Both the position numbers and the translations under genes were made by a program. DNA of 64,000 nt, from positions 7,155 through 71,154 of the forward strand of contig JAJYOP010000003.1 in NCBI GenBank assembly GCA_021796115.1, written 5' to 3'. Positions within the stretch are counted from its first letter, which is position 1. The number at the start of each line of letters is the position of its first letter. Positions 1-7,688 of this stretch are shown piece after piece. This DNA comes from a bacterium. GTDB lineage: Bacteria > Omnitrophota > Gorgyraeia > Duberdicusellales > 4484-171. The notes under the pieces are model-generated. The model was not told the origin of the DNA. It worked only from the letters and a program-made list of their open reading frames with translations, and did no database searches.

Positions 1-196
1 CTGGAGAGCCAGCGAAGATGGTATATTAGTTTTTCAGCAAGGTTATTATATGGGAAGTTACTTAAGCAAAAATAAAAAAGAGAACAGCATGGGAGTTAGC
101 GGCAGATTTGCTTTTGCCGAAAAAGTACATCTTGAAGAATCGCTTAAATAAATTTAGCAAGATAAATTGTTTTGAATCAATAAAGGGAGGAAAAAT

Positions 197-565
197 ATGG
201 CTGGCAAAAAAATATTGCTTGTTGATGATGACGAGAAAATGCTTAGGCTTTTTGGAGATTTTTTAGTAAGCCAGGGATTTGAGGTTGTGGAGGCAAATAA
301 TGGCAATGATGCTTTGCGGCTCGCAGTTGAAACAAATCCCAACTTGATAATCCTCGATGTAATGATGCCGGATAAGGATGGGGGAGAAGTAGGCAGCGCA
401 TTATTTGAAAACAATAAAACTAAAAACATCCCCATAATATTTTTGACCAGCCTGGTCAGCAAGGAAGAGGTTGCTAGAACCGGCGGCAAAATTGGCGGCA
501 GAATCTATTTGTCTAAATCAAGCGACAAAAAAGAGCTCATTAAAAAAATAAAAGAAATAATTTGA
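197..565 (+). CDS. single-domain response regulator (CheY-like receiver)
   Basis: 122 aa. Receiver motifs KILLVDDD, ILDVMMPDKDG and IIFLTS. GGGAGG SD before the ATG. Stop overlaps the next start. Confidence 0.85.
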   Translation: MAGKKILLVDDDEKMLRLFGDFLVSQGFEVVEANNGNDALRLAVETNPNLIILDVMMPDKDGGEVGSALFENNKTKNIPIIFLTSLVSKEEVARTGGKIGGRIYLSKSSDKKELIKKIKEII

Positions 566-1746
566 ATATAAAATCTTTCTTTGTAAAAACAAGCAAGAAC
601 GTACCGAATAACGACGGACAATACCATGAACTTGTCGAGTATGCCAACAGTATTATTCTGCGCATGGATATGGAAGGTAATATAACTTTTTTAAACAGGT
701 TTGCTCAGGAATTTTTTGGTTATAAAGAAGAAGAGCTTATTGGCAAGAACGTAATCGGAACGATAGTTCCCCCTACAGATGCCTCCGGCAAAGACCTTAA
801 GGCAATGATTGCAGACATAATGATTAATTCCGAAAAATATATTAACAATGAAAATGAAAACATTTTACGTAATGGCAAGCGCGTATGGATTGCCTGGACT
901 AACCGGCCTATTTTAGATGAAAATGGCCAGCTCAAAGAGGTCCTTTGTATAGGCAATGACATAACCAAACTTAAAGAGGCAGAAGACCAGATAATGATAG
1001 CAAAAGAAGCTGCGGAAAACGCTTCGAAAGCCAAGAGCTCGTTTCTGGCAAATATGTCCCATGAATTAAGAACCCCGCTTAATGCCGTAATCGGATTTTC
1101 CGAGGCGATGCTTGAGGGTATTGCCGGGCCGATGACCGATAAACAAAAAGAATATGCAAGTTATATCTTGGAGAGCGGCAGGCATTTGCTTTCTTTGATA
1201 AATGATGTGCTTGACCTTTCGAAGGTGGAAGCCGGAAAAATGGAGCTTGAGCTTAGCGATTTTAATTTGCAAGAGCTGGTAAAAAAAAGTTTTACTTTTA
1301 TTGCCGAAAAAGCAATGAAACATAGAATTGCCCTTTGTCATGATATTAAGGATGACATTGGGATAATCAATGCCGACGAAAGAAAAATAAAACAGGTTAT
1401 TTATAATATACTTTCTAATGCTGTAAAGTTTACTCCCGATGGAGGTAAAATTGGTGCCAATGCTTCGAAGATAAATGATAACGAGATACAAGTGTGCATA
1501 TGGGATACCGGCATAGGCATTGATAAAAAAGACAGTGCAAAAGTATTTGCGGAATTTGAGCAAATCGACAGCGAATATTCGCGTAAATATGCAGGGACAG
1601 GTTTAGGCATGCCATTGAGCAAAAAGTTTATTGAACTGCATGGCGGAAAAATGTGGTTTGAAAGCGATGGGATGGGCAAGGGGGCCCATTTTTATTTTAC
1701 CATTCCAATAAAACAGACTGGAAAAAAAGGAGTTTTCGATGAATGA
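562..1746 (+). CDS. PAS-domain sensor histidine kinase (soluble)
   Basis: 394 aa. H-box MSHELRTPLNAV, N-box LSNAVKFTP, G-boxes DTGIGI and GTGLGMPL, PAS-like N-terminus. TTG start coupled to the upstream stop; start is uncertain. Confidence 0.85.
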   Translation: MNIKSFFVKTSKNVPNNDGQYHELVEYANSIILRMDMEGNITFLNRFAQEFFGYKEEELIGKNVIGTIVPPTDASGKDLKAMIADIMINSEKYINNENENILRNGKRVWIAWTNRPILDENGQLKEVLCIGNDITKLKEAEDQIMIAKEAAENASKAKSSFLANMSHELRTPLNAVIGFSEAMLEGIAGPMTDKQKEYASYILESGRHLLSLINDVLDLSKVEAGKMELELSDFNLQELVKKSFTFIAEKAMKHRIALCHDIKDDIGIINADERKIKQVIYNILSNAVKFTPDGGKIGANASKINDNEIQVCIWDTGIGIDKKDSAKVFAEFEQIDSEYSRKYAGTGLGMPLSKKFIELHGGKMWFESDGMGKGAHFYFTIPIKQTGKKGVFDE

Positions 1747-2494
1747 AGATTTAAAAGAAGTAAGTTTGCCCGGAACGATTTTGATCGCTTCTCTTATCTT
1801 GGGAGGGTCTATTATTTTTTCGGCAAAGTTGGTTTCCCGTAATCTGGAAAAAGCAGTAGCAAAATTACGCCAGGATTTGCTTGTCGATATAAAGAAGATG
1901 GAGCAGGCAAGGGTTAAAGAAATGCAGCCAGAACCAGCTAAGCCGGAAGAAAAAATTGTAAAAGGCGTAACTTCCGGGAGCAATCCAATCAAGGGAAATC
2001 CTGCCGCACCGGTTCTCTTGGTTGAATTTAGCGATTTTGAATGCCCGTTTTCCAAGCGATTCTATCAACAGACATTTCCTTCAATTGATAAGGAATATAT
2101 TTCAACCGGCAAGGTCAAGTTTGCCTATCGCGATTTCCCATTACCTATGCACCCTTTAGCAAAAGATGCTGCGATTGCTTGCAGGTGCGCCGGAAAGCAA
2201 AATAAATATTGGGAGATGTTTGATAAGCTTAGCCATACTAAACAGTTAGAACAAGCGCAATTAACGGATTACGCGAAGGAGCTAAAGCTGAACATGAAAT
2301 CATTCGATGCTTGTCGCAAGGATGAGACAATTGCCAATGAAGTAGATAAAGATTTTAGCGAGGGTGCTAACTTCGGAGTCCGCGGCACGCCGGCATTTTT
2401 TATAAATGGCCGGCTTATCGAGGGTGCGCGCCCCTTTGAGACATTTAAAGAAATAATCGAAAACGAGATAAAAAGTTCGGAGGGCAAAAAATAA
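1739..2494 (+). CDS. DsbA-family thioredoxin-fold protein, membrane anchored, CxxS active-site variant
   Basis: 251 aa. N-terminal TM helix. DsbA-like EFSDFECPFSKRF, where the codons read tgc ccg ttt tcc (CPFS). ATG overlaps the kinase stop. Confidence 0.75.
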   Translation: MNEDLKEVSLPGTILIASLILGGSIIFSAKLVSRNLEKAVAKLRQDLLVDIKKMEQARVKEMQPEPAKPEEKIVKGVTSGSNPIKGNPAAPVLLVEFSDFECPFSKRFYQQTFPSIDKEYISTGKVKFAYRDFPLPMHPLAKDAAIACRCAGKQNKYWEMFDKLSHTKQLEQAQLTDYAKELKLNMKSFDACRKDETIANEVDKDFSEGANFGVRGTPAFFINGRLIEGARPFETFKEIIENEIKSSEGKK

Positions 2495-2549
2495 AACATT
2501 AGTCCCTGCGAAGTCCGACTCCGAGCTTTGATGAATGGTGTAGAAAAAA

Positions 2550-2580
2550 ACAGCCCAGACTCATCGTCGGGGCTGTTCTA
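2550..2580 (+). terminator. candidate intrinsic terminator after the dsbA-like gene
   Basis: Stem acagccc / gggctgt with a 13-nt loop. The T tract is weak (tctatat). Confidence 0.4.
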
Positions 2581-2617
2581 TATAGAAAGGATTTTGAAAG
2601 GAGATTCTAAAGACGTT

Positions 2618-2685
2618 GTTGGTAGTTTGTAGTTAGTAGTTGGTTGAATTAAAACATGTAGTTTTTATTCCGACAAACTACCAAC
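2618..2685. repeat. heptamer-word hairpin (GTTNGTA array plus inverted partner)
   Basis: gttggta gtttgta gttagta gttggtt in phase. A 13-bp perfect inverted match joins 2618-2630 and 2673-2685. Confidence 0.7.
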
Positions 2686-2698
2686 TACAGATTATTCT

Positions 2699-3070
2699 TC
2701 AATAACCGATTGCCTGGTTTATTAATACCCAACCTACCCAGCCCTTATAACCACCGGATAATATTTCAACTTTTGCAGTTTTTTCCCAGAAATTTGTCTC
2801 AAGTACACGTGCCCAGGTATTATTTTCGACTTCAAAAGCAATGTGGCCGAGTATTTTTGTCCGGTAATTCTGTTTTTCGGAGGCCATCAAATTACCGGTC
2901 AGGCAGTTAAAGGATTTTTTGCTGGTGCCGGCGTATACAGGAACCACGCCTTCGAAGCTTCTTAAAATAACTTCTTTTCCTATATATTCATCATACTCGG
3001 CGGCAAAGCTAGTGGGTAAAAAACAAAGCAATAACGCGCTTAGCACAAATAAAACCACGGTTTTTTTCAT
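2699..3070 (-). CDS. hypothetical secreted protein
   Basis: 123 aa. Signal peptide MKKTVVLFVLSALLLCFLPTSFA. AAGGAGG SD upstream on the minus strand. No family recognised. Confidence 0.6.
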   Translation of the reverse strand: MKKTVVLFVLSALLLCFLPTSFAAEYDEYIGKEVILRSFEGVVPVYAGTSKKSFNCLTGNLMASEKQNYRTKILGHIAFEVENNTWARVLETNFWEKTAKVEILSGGYKGWVGWVLINQAIGY

Positions 3071-3129
3071 ATTACCTCCTTAATGAGCACGTGATTTTTT
3101 CAAGCCTGTGATGGCAAAGAAAAAATCAC

Positions 3130-3249
3130 AGTGCGAATTAACCCCCACACCAATGTTTGAAACAATGCATTTATTTGTTATAAAAGACATCTTTGCGAAA
3201 CAATCCAATGAGCCACATCCAATTATGAATACAAACATTGGTGTGGGGG
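3130..3249. mobile_element. MITE-like element, copy 1 (right TIR slightly degenerate)
   Basis: ttaacccccacaccaatgtttg at 3137 and its inverted complement ending at 3249. By eye roughly 85-90% identical to the reverse complement of 40568-40689. Confidence 0.6.
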
Positions 3250-3420
3250 GACATATTCAGCCTAACATTTTTCTTTCGCCACTAGTGGCTCAGAAAAATG
3301 TTGGCTTCATTTGACCTCATTTGTTAAACAAAGTTAATCCATTGTAAAAGATACCATATCTTCGAGCCGAAAAACCATATAAACACTTAATATTATGTAA
3401 GCGTTTTCAAATATTTTCTG

Positions 3421-3450
3421 TCTTTGATTTTTTAGTTGGTGTGGTATAAT
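3421..3450 (+). promoter_or_regulatory. candidate extended -10 promoter for hisF (near-leaderless)
   Basis: TGGTATAAT ends at 3450 and the hisF ATG is at 3459. No SD lies between them. The -35 is poor (ttgatt with a 15-nt spacer). Confidence 0.4.
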
Positions 3451-3458
3451 CTTACCTT

Positions 3459-4289
3459 ATGTTAGCGAAAAGAATCATACCGTGCCTGGATATAAATAAA
3501 GGCCGGGTGGTAAAAGGAGTTAACTTTCTAAACCTGCGTGACGCAGGCGATCCGGTACAAAATGCTTTGTTCTATGAAAAAGAAGGCGCGGACGAACTGG
3601 TTTTCCTGGACATAACCGCAAGCCACGAAAGGCGTTCCACAACCATTGATTTAGTCAGGCAGGTAGCGGAATGCGTTTTTATGCCTTTTACTGTCGGCGG
3701 AGGAGTGCGCAGTGCTTTTGATGTAAGGCAGCTTCTTTTAGCCGGCGCGGATAAGGTTTCCATGAATACCATCGCTGTCACTAACCCTGAAATCATTACC
3801 GAAGCCAGTAATATTTTTGGCGCCCAGTGCGTGGTTGTGGCGATAGACGCCAAATTACGAAGGATAAAGGATGATAGAGTGCGGAGCAAAGCGAAGCCGT
3901 GCGAAGCCTTCCCGCAAGGGAATCCCCGAAGGGGACAAAGGACGTGGGAAATTTACATAAACGGAGGAAGAACGCCAACAGGCCTTGATGCAGTTAAATG
4001 GGCAAAGAAAGTAGAAGAGCTCGGTGCTGGCGAAATCTTACTTACAAGTATGGATTATGACGGTACAAGGAATGGTTATGATATAGAATTAACCAGAGCC
4101 ATATCCAATACCGTAGATATACCGGTTATTGCTTCCGGCGGAGCAGGTGTGCCAGAAGATTTTTATGAAGTTTTAGCTAAAACAAAAGCTACTGCGGCAC
4201 TGGCAGCTTCAATATTTCATTATCGCGAGTATCGCGTGAAAGAAATTAAAGAGTATCTCAAGAAAAAAGGAGTACAGACAAGGGTATGA
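3459..4289 (+). CDS. hisF: imidazole glycerol phosphate synthase cyclase subunit
   Basis: 276 aa. [39 protein letters not shown] and ASGGAG are collinear with HisF. Carries an extra loop segment. Confidence 0.95.
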   Translation: MLAKRIIPCLDINKGRVVKGVNFLNLRDAGDPVQNALFYEKEGADELVFLDITASHERRSTTIDLVRQVAECVFMPFTVGGGVRSAFDVRQLLLAGADKVSMNTIAVTNPEIITEASNIFGAQCVVVAIDAKLRRIKDDRVRSKAKPCEAFPQGNPRRGQRTWEIYINGGRTPTGLDAVKWAKKVEELGAGEILLTSMDYDGTRNGYDIELTRAISNTVDIPVIASGGAGVPEDFYEVLAKTKATAALAASIFHYREYRVKEIKEYLKKKGVQTRV

Positions 4290-4390
4290 ATCCAGCCCTT
4301 CCAAAACATAATATGTATATCTGTAATCATTTGGAAAGGTTGGGGTAAAAAATAGTATATTAGAAAAATATTTAAAAAAGGAAGGGCTGG

Positions 4391-4732
4391 ATGAAAAAAA
4401 CAAATTTGAAAAGAACAAAAATTCCTGAATTGAAATTTGACGAAAAAGGATTGATTCCTGCGATTGTGCAGGATTACAAAAGCGGCGACATTTTAATGGT
4501 GGCATACATGAATAAAGAGTCTATCAAGATTACCCTGAAAGAAAAAAGGACCTGTTTTTATTCCCGTTCGCGCAAAGAATTATGGCGTAAAGGGGAAACC
4601 AGCGGCCACATCCAGGAGGTAAGAGCGATTTATTATGATTGTGATATGGATGCGCTTCTGATTAAAGTTAAACAAACCGGAGTCGCATGCCACACCGGCG
4701 AATGGAGCTGTTTTTATAGGAGGATAGTTTAG
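4391..4732 (+). CDS. hisI: phosphoribosyl-AMP cyclohydrolase
   Basis: 113 aa. [25 protein letters not shown] and CDMDALL are HisI motifs. Confidence 0.9.
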   Translation: MKKTNLKRTKIPELKFDEKGLIPAIVQDYKSGDILMVAYMNKESIKITLKEKRTCFYSRSRKELWRKGETSGHIQEVRAIYYDCDMDALLIKVKQTGVACHTGEWSCFYRRIV

Positions 4733-4747
4733 GTTGCTAATTTATAT

Positions 4748-4845
4748 GTAGCACGTCGCACGTAACAGGTGACACGTGAGGAAGTTGCTCGAGAACGTGT
4801 TACCTGTTAGATGTTACGTGATATGTGCTACATGGTGTCTGTTAC
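4748..4845. repeat. GTNNNAC heptamer array with inverted partner (long imperfect hairpin)
   Basis: gtagcac gtcgcac gtaacag gtgacac on the left. gtgttac ctgttag atgttac gtgatat gtgctac on the right. The ends atgtagcac / gtgctacat are complementary. Confidence 0.7.
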
Positions 4846-4861
4846 AACTTACTGATCAAAT

Positions 4862-6337
4862 ATGCAAATTCATCCATCACTAAAACATTTTACTAAATTA
4901 GCGAAGAAGAATAATTTAATTGTACTCTCACATAAATTTTATTCCGATTCGCTGACGCCTGTTTCTATCTACCATAACCTTTCAAAAAAACTTCAAGGGG
5001 AAAGTTTTCTTCTTGAATCTGTAGAAGGAGAAGAGAAGATAAGCCGCTTTTCTTTCCTCGGGTTTATGCCGCTTTGCACCTTTAAAAGTAAAGATAAAAA
5101 GATCTATATTAAAGAGCAAAAGGAGATTGCTTTTAATACAGAGAAAGATCCGCTGCTTGAACTCAAGAAATTAATGCATAAATTTAAAGTTGCTCCGAAA
5201 GAAAATTTACGTTTTTTCGGTGGATTTGTGGGGTATTTAGGGTATGATTTAGTGAGATTTTATGAGCCGATAGGCCCAAAGAAAAAAGACACCCTGAATA
5301 ATTTCGATACCTATCTTATCCTGCCCAAGTTCCTTATTATTTTTGACCATGTTCAAAAACAAATTGAAATACTTAATTTTGTAAATATGAAAAACAGCAA
5401 AGACTTTGAAAAAACTTACGAAAAAGAACGAAAGGCCATTGCTGATGTTTTTAATAAACTTATGGCTTCAGATAAACTATCGGCATTGTCATTATCATCT
5501 ACCAGGAAAATAAAACTTGAATCAAACTTATCGAAAAGAGATTTTGTCTCAAAAATTAAAAAAGCGAAAGCGTACATCAAAGAAGGCGAAATTATTCAAA
5601 CCGTATTTTCGCAAAGATTTTCCGCTGATTTTAAAGGCGAGCCGTTTAATGTTTACCGGTATCTTAGAGTTATAAATCCCTCGCCATATATGTTTTATTT
5701 GAATCTGAAAAACGTGCAAATCGCCGGTTCTTCGCCGGAGATGCTTTTACGCTGTGAAAAAAATATTTTAATTACCCGGCCTATAGCTGGGACTCGAAAA
5801 CGCGGCAAGGATGATATCGAAGAAAAAGAGCTGGAGAATTCGCTCCTGAGTGACCCTAAAGAAAGAGCCGAACATATAATGCTGGTAGATTTAGCGCGTA
5901 ATGACGTAGGAAGAGCGTCGGAAAGCGCAAGCATAAAAGTTCCGATGTTTATGAACGTTGAAAAGTTTTCGCATGTAATGCATATCGTAAGCGAAGTCAG
6001 GGGTAAGTTAAGAAAAGGTAACGATATTTTTAACGCGTTTCGCAGTTGTTTCCCTGCGGGAACGCTAAGCGGTGCCCCTAAGGTAAGAGCGATGCAGATA
6101 ATCAACGAGCTTGAGGAAGAGGCAAGGGGGATATACGGAGGTTCAGTCGGATATTTTTCCTTCACAAACAGCCTTGATACGTGTATAATAATACGAACCG
6201 TTGTATTTAAGAATAAGAAAGCCTATGTGCAGGCTGGTGCGGGAATAGTGATGGATTCTGAACCTCTTTCGGAATATAAAGAAACTGTTAACAAGGCGAA
6301 AGCCCAGCTTTTAGCGGTAACATTGGCGAGCAAATAG
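4862..6337 (+). CDS. trpE: anthranilate synthase component I
   Basis: 491 aa. SFLLESVEG (LLES feedback motif), NPSPYMFYL, RPIAGTRKRG, LVDLARND and GAGIVMDS. Confidence 0.85.
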   Translation: MQIHPSLKHFTKLAKKNNLIVLSHKFYSDSLTPVSIYHNLSKKLQGESFLLESVEGEEKISRFSFLGFMPLCTFKSKDKKIYIKEQKEIAFNTEKDPLLELKKLMHKFKVAPKENLRFFGGFVGYLGYDLVRFYEPIGPKKKDTLNNFDTYLILPKFLIIFDHVQKQIEILNFVNMKNSKDFEKTYEKERKAIADVFNKLMASDKLSALSLSSTRKIKLESNLSKRDFVSKIKKAKAYIKEGEIIQTVFSQRFSADFKGEPFNVYRYLRVINPSPYMFYLNLKNVQIAGSSPEMLLRCEKNILITRPIAGTRKRGKDDIEEKELENSLLSDPKERAEHIMLVDLARNDVGRASESASIKVPMFMNVEKFSHVMHIVSEVRGKLRKGNDIFNAFRSCFPAGTLSGAPKVRAMQIINELEEEARGIYGGSVGYFSFTNSLDTCIIIRTVVFKNKKAYVQAGAGIVMDSEPLSEYKETVNKAKAQLLAVTLASK

Positions 6338-6367
6338 TTTTATTGAATTATAAAAAGGAGGAAAGTT

Positions 6368-6970
6368 ATGAAAAAAATTATTTGTCTTTTTGCGATTATA
6401 TGCCAATTGGCTGCTGTTTCGTTGTATGCTGCAGATGATGCAAGCAAAGGCAATAAAGGCATAATTATGAGTCAAACGCCGCAAATTAAAGAGGCGAATC
6501 CTGCTTCGACGGCGCAGCCGGCCCAAGTTGAAAACGCAGTCCAATCTGAGCAAGCAAAAAACGTAGAGCAACCCATACCAGTAAAAGAACAATCTGTGCA
6601 AACAAAAGAGCAGCCAGAACAAATAAAAGAACAACCAGTGCAGGCGAAAAAAGTAGAGCCGCCGCCGGTTCAAAGTAAAATGGTATTAAGGGAAAAAGTT
6701 TCCGACCAAAATCCTTTGCGTAAAATTGCCAGAGGAACGGTAAACGTAACCTTAGGCTGGACGGAAATTCCCAGGCAAATGATAAAAGTAAACAAAGAAA
6801 ACGGTGATATAGCAGGAGTATTCTGGGGGCCGTTGAAGGGTTTTGCTTTTTTTATCGGCAGAACAGCGGTTGGTGTGTATGAGGTAACAACATTTTTATT
6901 ACCCCCGTATAAGCCGGTAGTTAAGCCAGAATTTATTCTTTCTGACGATAGCGCCACGGATAATGAATAG
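6368..6970 (+). CDS. secreted protein with a TIGR04073-like (exosortase-system-associated) C-terminal domain
   Basis: 200 aa. Signal peptide, a KEQP/VQ low-complexity linker, then RKIARGTVNVTLGWTEIPRQ...GRTAVGVYEVTTFLLPPY. Family assigned from memory. Confidence 0.55.
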   Translation: MKKIICLFAIICQLAAVSLYAADDASKGNKGIIMSQTPQIKEANPASTAQPAQVENAVQSEQAKNVEQPIPVKEQSVQTKEQPEQIKEQPVQAKKVEPPPVQSKMVLREKVSDQNPLRKIARGTVNVTLGWTEIPRQMIKVNKENGDIAGVFWGPLKGFAFFIGRTAVGVYEVTTFLLPPYKPVVKPEFILSDDSATDNE

Positions 6971-6982
6971 AAATATAAATTT

Positions 6983-7038
6983 GTAACATGTCGCACGCAT
7001 CATGTATCACGTGATACGTGTTACCTGATACGTGATAC
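6983..7038. repeat. eight phased GTNNNAC heptamers (self-complementary array)
   Basis: gtaacat gtcgcac gcatcat gtatcac gtgatac gtgttac ctgatac gtgatac. Contains the 14-nt perfect palindrome gtatcacgtgatac. Confidence 0.8.
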
Positions 7039-7058
7039 ATCAATAAGGAGGATAGTAC

Positions 7059-7307
7059 ATGCTAAGGATACGTTTAAGGAAGCCGGGTAAAGTGGCAAAA
7101 GGAAGGTATCATTTTAAAATTGTCGTAATTGATTTGCGAAAGGCGAGGGATTCAAAATATGTTGAGCAAATCGGGCATTACGATCCTTCCAGAAAACTGC
7201 TTAAGCTTGATACTGAAAAATACGAAAGCTGGTTTAAGAAGGGCGCTAAACCCACAGAAACCGTCGCCTCGTTATATAAAAAAGTAAAGAAACAATCCGC
7301 GAAATGA
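7059..7307 (+). CDS. rpsP: 30S ribosomal protein S16
   Basis: 82 aa. MLRIRLRK...KGRYHFKIVV...YDP is typical of bS16. AAGGAGG SD. Confidence 0.95.
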   Translation: MLRIRLRKPGKVAKGRYHFKIVVIDLRKARDSKYVEQIGHYDPSRKLLKLDTEKYESWFKKGAKPTETVASLYKKVKKQSAK

Positions 7308-7308
7308 T

Positions 7309-7380
7309 ACACGAATCTCCACGAATCAAAGACGAATGACCACGAATGAAAAAAGGTATTTATTCGTGGAAACTCGTGAT
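7309..7380. repeat. 10-nt phased CACGAAT words plus inverted copies
   Basis: acacgaatct ccacgaatca aagacgaatg accacgaatg, then attcgtgg and ctcgtga. 8-bp stem ccacgaat / attcgtgg. Confidence 0.7.
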
Positions 7381-7397
7381 TTAAGAAAGGAGTAAAA

Positions 7398-7688
7398 ATG
7401 CAGCCAAACGGGACTATGGATATCCAAAAGTTTATTCTTTTTTTTGCGCCATTAATTATAATTTTTTATTTTATGCTGATCCGGCCACAAGCTAAGCAGC
7501 AGAAGAAGCACCAGGAAATGATTAATAATTTAAATAAAAACGACGAAGTAGTTACTATCGGCGGGTTGCACGGGACAATAATTAACGTCAAGGAAAAAAC
7601 ATTTATCATAAGGATTGACGATAATGTAAAAGTTGAAGTGGACAAAAACGCCATTTCTTATGTGGTGAAAGCGAGGCAGAAAGAATGA
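7398..7688 (+). CDS. yajC: preprotein translocase subunit YajC
   Basis: 96 aa. One TM helix, RPQAKQQKKHQEM, VVTIGGLHG. Sits directly upstream of secDF. Confidence 0.85.
   Translation: MQPNGTMDIQKFILFFAPLIIIFYFMLIRPQAKQQKKHQEMINNLNKNDEVVTIGGLHGTIINVKEKTFIIRIDDNVKVEVDKNAISYVVKARQKE

Noticed and set aside
197-565. The two receiver-only response regulators (197-565 and 48022-48399) as a novel signalling pair
   Set aside because: They share the unusual MPDxDGGEV and FLT(S/G) context and are clearly paralogous. However, stand-alone CheY-like receivers are common, and nothing in the sequence indicates a new function.
3108-3314. 68-aa ORF over MITE copy 1 (and the 63-aa minus ORF 40405-40596 over copy 2)
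   Set aside because: Both ORFs are created by the inverted-repeat element itself (…NTNIGVGG… in both). The element occurs in both orientations, so no consistent protein is encoded.
4733-4861. trp attenuator, T-box or riboswitch upstream of trpE
   Set aside because: There is no leader peptide with Trp codons and no T-box specifier/antiterminator pattern. The hairpin belongs to the GTNNNAC heptamer family, which also occurs upstream of rpsP and downstream of mfd.
7309-7348. Possible CRISPR array or CRISPR-like repeats (also considered for 6983-7038, 21383-21522, 53792-53822)
   Set aside because: The units are 7-10 nt, contiguous and degenerate with no unique spacers. No cas genes are in the window. 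They are tandem word arrays, not CRISPR.
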